Shown: positions 59,782-64,000 of the stretch, piece after piece
Layout: each line of letters begins with the position of its first letter
Position numbering within the stretch: the stretch's first letter is position 1
Origin: Treponema sp. UBA4307
Lineage (GTDB): Bacteria; Spirochaetota; Spirochaetia; Treponematales; Treponemataceae
Reading direction: 5' to 3'
Length of the DNA: 64,000 bases
NCBI GenBank assembly: GCA_002394685.1
Contig: DGUP01000053.1
Coordinates: 14,767-78,766, forward strand
Program-made: the position numbers and the translations under genes
The notes under the pieces: model-generated
The model's database searches: none
Told to the model about the DNA's origin: nothing
The model's input: the letters and a program-made list of their open reading frames with translations, nothing else

Positions 59782-59937
59782 CATCAACACGGGTTGACGC
59801 TAGCAATCAATTTGTTGATAAATCAATGGTAGTAGTTGACCAAAGATTTCATAATTTTTTTTATACCTCCTTTTAATATATAATAAAAAGTTGTACGCAG
59901 AGCCAGCAGTGAAGTTTTCATTGCTGGCTGATTTTTT
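59782..59937 (+). ncRNA. Candidate small RNA (about 155 nt) bounded by a promoter and a terminator
   Basis: TTGACC(59748)-N17-TAATAT(59771); 11-bp terminator stem at 59901-59929 plus T-run; no SD-led ORF on this strand. Confidence 0.4.
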
Positions 59938-59942
59938 GCTCC

Positions 59943-59982
59943 CGAACGCCTGCTGCGTGGCTCCAATCCCTAGCCCGGAAAA
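59943..59982. repeat. 40-bp repeat upstream of an AAA ATPase gene
   Basis: Matches 61597-61636 with 2 mismatches. Confidence 0.9.
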
Positions 59983-60081
59983 TATAAAAATGTGTAAAAT
60001 TTATCAAAAAAATGCTTAAAAATGTGTAAAATTAAGCGAAATTCTCTTTAATTTTGTGTAAAAATTCCTTAATATTCATGT

Positions 60082-61377
60082 ATGTACAGAAAGGCTTTGC
60101 TTAAACTTGCAGAATGGAAATCCTCATCCCGAAGAAAACCTCTTGTTTTGAAAGGTGCCCGTCAGGTAGGAAAAACCTGGCTTATGAAAGAATTTGGTAG
60201 ACTGCATTATGAAAAAACTTTTTATTTTTCTTTTGAAAAGGATGTGGAACTTGCAAAGATTTTTGCCACTAATAAAGATCCTTACAGAATAGTTTCACTT
60301 TTGGGAACAATCAAGAATGATAAAATCGAAAAGGAAAAACATCTGATAATTTTTGATGAAATTCAGGAATGTCCAGATGCACTTAATTCCTTAAAATATT
60401 TTTGCGAAGATGCCAATGACTATCACATAGTCGCCGCAGGGAGCCTGCTGGGAACATTGCTCTCAGAGCCGATGAGCTATCCTGTTGGAAAAGTTAATCT
60501 TCTAAATGTTTATCCTATGGATTTTGAAGAATTCCTTGGAGCGGTAAATCCGCCGCTCTTAAAATATCTTGAAGAAACACCGCCACAAGAAATCATCGCG
60601 ATTCAACATACAAAACTTATAGACCAGTATCATGATTATCTGATAGTCGGAGGTCTTCCTGAATGTGTTGCAAGCTGGGCAGATGAAAAAAATTCCGGAA
60701 CCGTTTTGCAGATTCAAAAAGAACTCCTTTCCTTGTATGAAAATGATATTGCAAAACATAATAAAAAAATCGATGCAGGGCGTATTTTACTTGTGTTCAA
60801 AAGCCTTGTGACTCAGCTTTCCAAAGAAAACGAGAAATTTATATATGGTTGTGTAAAACAGGGAGCTCGTGCCCGCGAATTCGAGGTGGCTATAGAATGG
60901 CTTGTAAGTGCAGGGCTCGTTCTTCGAATTTATGATGTAAAAAAGCCGGAAAGCCCGCTAAAAGTATTCGAAGATTTTTCAAGTTTTAAGCTTTTCTTTT
61001 TTGATGTAGGGTTAGCAAAATGTGCCGCACAGGTTCAGAATAAACAGATTGTGCTTGATTCTGATTTTCAGTTCAAAGGTGCTCTTACGGAAAATTATTG
61101 CTTGCAGCAGTTTCATTCAAATCTTGAAAACCCCATTCATTATTACTCACCGGCTCAAAATTACGAAGTGGATTTCCTTTTACAGGATGAAATGCAGATA
61201 ATTCCAGTTGAATGCAAAGCAGGCGGAAATGTAACATCTGCCAGTTTTAAGCGCTACCGAAGGGAAGAAAAACCGGAACTCGCAATAAGATTCTCCACCC
61301 TGCAATACAAAAAACAGGAAGAAATGATTAACATGCCTTTGTATCTTGCCTGCAGGATTAATAAAGAAATTAAATAG
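60082..61377 (+). CDS. AAA_14/DUF4143-type ATPase
   Basis: GARQVGKT, FDEIQ, AAGSLL, VGGLPE, FDVGL, EVDF..IPVECK. Confidence 0.88.
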   Translation: MYRKALLKLAEWKSSSRRKPLVLKGARQVGKTWLMKEFGRLHYEKTFYFSFEKDVELAKIFATNKDPYRIVSLLGTIKNDKIEKEKHLIIFDEIQECPDALNSLKYFCEDANDYHIVAAGSLLGTLLSEPMSYPVGKVNLLNVYPMDFEEFLGAVNPPLLKYLEETPPQEIIAIQHTKLIDQYHDYLIVGGLPECVASWADEKNSGTVLQIQKELLSLYENDIAKHNKKIDAGRILLVFKSLVTQLSKENEKFIYGCVKQGARAREFEVAIEWLVSAGLVLRIYDVKKPESPLKVFEDFSSFKLFFFDVGLAKCAAQVQNKQIVLDSDFQFKGALTENYCLQQFHSNLENPIHYYSPAQNYEVDFLLQDEMQIIPVECKAGGNVTSASFKRYRREEKPELAIRFSTLQYKKQEEMINMPLYLACRINKEIK

Positions 61378-61390
61378 AAGATTCTTTATC

Positions 61391-61636
61391 TGGGGGCTCC
61401 CCGTCGGTGGCTAAAGCCACCTTACCCAGTTTTTGCTAAGCAAAAACTGTCGGGTCGGGCTTTTGCGCCATTCCGCGCTAGCCGCGCTCCATTCGTCCGC
61501 AACCTACGGTTGCTTCCCGAGTTTGCTTTGCAAACTCGCTCGATAATTTTTCGCGAGTTTTCGTAGAAAACTCGGTAAGGTCGGCTTGCCGACCGACGAA
61601 CGCCTGCGGCGTGGCTCCAATCCCTAGCCTGGAAAA
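61391..61636. repeat. GC-rich REP/MITE-like element made of stacked short palindromes
   Basis: GGTGGC-TAAA-GCCACC, CAGTTTTTGC-TAA-GCAAAAACTG, GCAACC-TAC-GGTTGC, CGAGTTTGC-TTT-GCAAACTCG, CGAGTTTTC-GTA-GAAAACTCG, GGTCGGC-TT-GCCGACC. Confidence 0.75.
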
Positions 61637-61739
61637 CACATTGTGTTAAAAAAAATGCGTAAATACGCAAAAATTTCAGAGCTAAAAGTTGCCAATTTTT
61701 CTCTCTACCTGTATAATGAACTGAAAAAAATGCGTATTT

Positions 61740-63059
61740 ATGCAAATATTTAGAGGGTTGAAAGTGATTGAAAGACCACGTTATTTAGAAAAATTAATCT
61801 CAAAACGGGAGAATGGGCTTGTAAAAATTATTACAGGAAACCGCCGTTGTGGAAAGTCATATCTTCTGTTTGTTATTTATCATCAGTATTTAATCAATAA
61901 TGGAGTAAAACAAGAGCAGATTATAGAACTTGCGCTTGACGAAACTGCAAATGCTAAATACCGCAATCCAATAGAACTTGATAAATACATTCGTTCCCTG
62001 GTTTCTGATACCTCAAAGCAATATTATATATTCCTTGATGAAATTCAGAAAGTTGAGGAAATACAAAATCCGTACCTTCCAAATTCAGACGCGAAAATCA
62101 CATTTGTAGACACTGTTCTTGGTTTTATGAAGCTTCCTAATGCTGATATTTACATAACAGGAAGCAACTCTAAAATGCTTTCATCTGACATAGTAACGGA
62201 ATTCCGCGACAGAGGAGACGAAGTTAGAATCTATCCCTTATCATTCAGCGAATTCTACAGCGCATATAAAGGTGATAAAAGCAAAGCCTGGCGTGAGTAT
62301 TACACATACGGAGGAATGCCGCTCGCCGTGACAAAAAAGACTCCGGCAGAAAAAAGTAAATATCTTAAGGATTTATTCACTGGTACTTACATAAAAGATG
62401 TCCTTGAACGTCATAAAGTAATTAATGACAGTTCAGATCTTGAAGAATTACTAAATGTAATTTCATCTTCAATAGGCTCTCTAACAAATCCTTTAAATCT
62501 TTCAAATACTTTTAAGACTGTAAAAAAAAGAAATGTTGCTCCAGAAACAGTCAGCCTTTACCTCGAATATTTTAAGGATGCTTTTTTAATCGACAGTGCA
62601 GTCCGATATAACGTGAAAGGCAAAAAATATATCAGTACGCCTCTCAAATATTATTTTGTAGATGTGGGTTTACGCAATGCAAGATTAAATTTCCGTCAGC
62701 AGGAAGAAAACCACATAATGGAAAATATCATTTTTAATGAACTGAAAATCCGAGGTTTTGATGTTGATGTTGGAGTAGTTGAGCATAATACAAAAGATGC
62801 GCGGGGAAAAAGTCAGCGAAATTATCTGGAAGTTGACTTTATAGCAAATATGGGCAGCAAACGTTTTTATATACAGTCTGCCCTAAATATTGATGACCAA
62901 GAAAAAAAGCAGCAGGAAATCAATTCCCTCTGCCGGATAAACGATTCATTCAAAAAGTTTGTAGTAATAAAAGACAACATAGAACCCTGGCAGGATGACA
63001 AAGGAATTCAATATATAGGAATTGAGCAGTTTTTACTTGAAGAAGACTGGCTTAGGTAG
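61740..63059 (+). CDS. AAA_14/DUF4143-type ATPase (start may be GTG 61764)
   Basis: TGNRRCGKS, FLDEIQ, TGSNS, YGGMP, FVDVGLRN, EVDFIA. Confidence 0.88.
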   Translation: MQIFRGLKVIERPRYLEKLISKRENGLVKIITGNRRCGKSYLLFVIYHQYLINNGVKQEQIIELALDETANAKYRNPIELDKYIRSLVSDTSKQYYIFLDEIQKVEEIQNPYLPNSDAKITFVDTVLGFMKLPNADIYITGSNSKMLSSDIVTEFRDRGDEVRIYPLSFSEFYSAYKGDKSKAWREYYTYGGMPLAVTKKTPAEKSKYLKDLFTGTYIKDVLERHKVINDSSDLEELLNVISSSIGSLTNPLNLSNTFKTVKKRNVAPETVSLYLEYFKDAFLIDSAVRYNVKGKKYISTPLKYYFVDVGLRNARLNFRQQEENHIMENIIFNELKIRGFDVDVGVVEHNTKDARGKSQRNYLEVDFIANMGSKRFYIQSALNIDDQEKKQQEINSLCRINDSFKKFVVIKDNIEPWQDDKGIQYIGIEQFLLEEDWLR

Positions 63060-63176
63060 AGGAAGATCAATACTTTTTTTTGTTTTTGTGGTATAATGAT
63101 TGTCATTACATTGGGATAATTGTTTTTGGGAGGAAAAAATCTTGCGTGCAATAGACTTCTTCTGTAAAGGAAAACT

Positions 63177-64000
63177 ATGGCTTATATAGACATTTTTGCA
63201 GGATGTGGCGGATTGTCAGTTGGTCTGTATAATGCAGGCTTGCATGGTTTGTTTGCCATAGAAAAAAATAAAGATGCATTTTCTACTCTCAAGTGCAATC
63301 TTATTGATAATAAGCATCATTTTGATTGGCCGGCTTGGCTTGATGTTAAAGAGCATGATATAAATAAAATTATTGAAGAAAAAAAAGAACAGTTGATAGC
63401 TTTACGTGGACAAGTTGAGCTTGTCGCAGGCGGGCCGCCATGTCAAGGCTTTTCTTTGGCTGGTAAGCGAGATAATAAGGATGTCCGCAATAAGCTTGTA
63501 AAATCATATATAAAATTTATTGATTTGGTTCAGCCAGAGGCCCTTATCTTTGAAAATGTACATGGTTTTACTGTTAATTTCAAAGGAAAGCAAGGATGCA
63601 TAAAAAAATACTCATCTTATGTAATCGAAAAACTTGAAGAATTAGGATATCATACCGATTCAAAAATCATTGATGTTTCTGAATACGGTGTTCCGCAAAA
63701 AAGGCACAGGTTTATTCTCGTTGCAATGAAAAATCATAATCCAACAGATGTTTTTGCTCGATTGGAGCAGAATAAACAGGCTTTTTGTAATGAAAAAGGA
63801 ATCGGAATTTCTACTTCAATTCGTGATGCAATAAGTGATTTAGAAAAATCAAATGGAACTTGCCAATCTCCTGATACAAAAAGCTTTCAGGCTGGTTTAT
63901 ACGGAAATGCCGAATCTGGATATCAGCGTTTAATGCGAAAAGGTATAGAGAATCATAATGTGGCGGTAGACAGTCATCGTTTTGTAAATCATACAGAAAC
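63177..64000 (+). CDS. DNA (cytosine-5)-methyltransferase, 3' truncated by the window (not in ORF track)
   Basis: MAYIDIFAGCGG (motif I), GGPPCQGFS (IV), FENVHG (VI), VPQKRHR (VIII); frame open to the window end. Confidence 0.92.
   Translation, partial: MAYIDIFAGCGGLSVGLYNAGLHGLFAIEKNKDAFSTLKCNLIDNKHHFDWPAWLDVKEHDINKIIEEKKEQLIALRGQVELVAGGPPCQGFSLAGKRDNKDVRNKLVKSYIKFIDLVQPEALIFENVHGFTVNFKGKQGCIKKYSSYVIEKLEELGYHTDSKIIDVSEYGVPQKRHRFILVAMKNHNPTDVFARLEQNKQAFCNEKGIGISTSIRDAISDLEKSNGTCQSPDTKSFQAGLYGNAESGYQRLMRKGIENHNVAVDSHRFVNHTE

Noticed and set aside
59823-59825. Selenocysteine recoding of the in-frame TGA
   Set aside because: No recognisable bacterial SECIS hairpin follows, there is no redox motif, and no sel genes are in the window. 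A nonsense mutation or chance is simpler.
59826-59876. Plus-strand micro-ORF MVVVDQRFHNFFYTSF as a leader peptide
   Set aside because: There is no SD, and no amino-acid biosynthesis gene lies downstream.
61422-61745. 107-aa minus-strand ORF
   Set aside because: It lies over the palindromic element and the ATPase promoter and has no protein-like features.

Overview
The window looks like chromosomal DNA from an anaerobic gut or rumen Treponema-like spirochaete. This is inferred from the gene set (lipoproteins, MCPs, STAS-Zn-ribbon protein, P13-like protein, Asp-type MurA, BspA-type surface proteins) and was not confirmed by a database search. Housekeeping and metabolic genes include an acyl-CoA ligase, GH5, GH30, GH32, a Zn ABC transporter, purF, a purH-like gene, a TrmH-family methylase, murA and pepT. 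Several accessory regions interrupt them. (1) An XRE regulator, a 30-aa peptide and a four-lobe retropepsin lipoprotein at 11.1-13.3 kb. (2) A 23.3-36 kb hotspot around tRNA-Ile2(CAU). It holds a PemK/MazF TA module, 200-bp tRNA-linked tandem repeats, a 6.5-kb integrase/HipA island bounded by a 64-bp repeat of the tRNA 5' part, a frameshifted AEP-helicase, an ATPase and a RhuM fragment. (3) Two very large surface lipoproteins. (4) A second retropepsin gene between 338-bp direct repeats. (5) A probable defence region with two AAA ATPases and a C5 methyltransferase, cut by the window end. No CRISPR array or rRNA was seen. The best leads are the reversed tRNA-integration geometry, the XRE-peptide-aspartyl protease module, a promoter- and terminator-bounded small RNA antisense to a micro-ORF at 59.8 kb, a PurF lacking Cys1, and frequent leaderless-type promoters. 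Family names come from motif recognition by eye; no searches were run.
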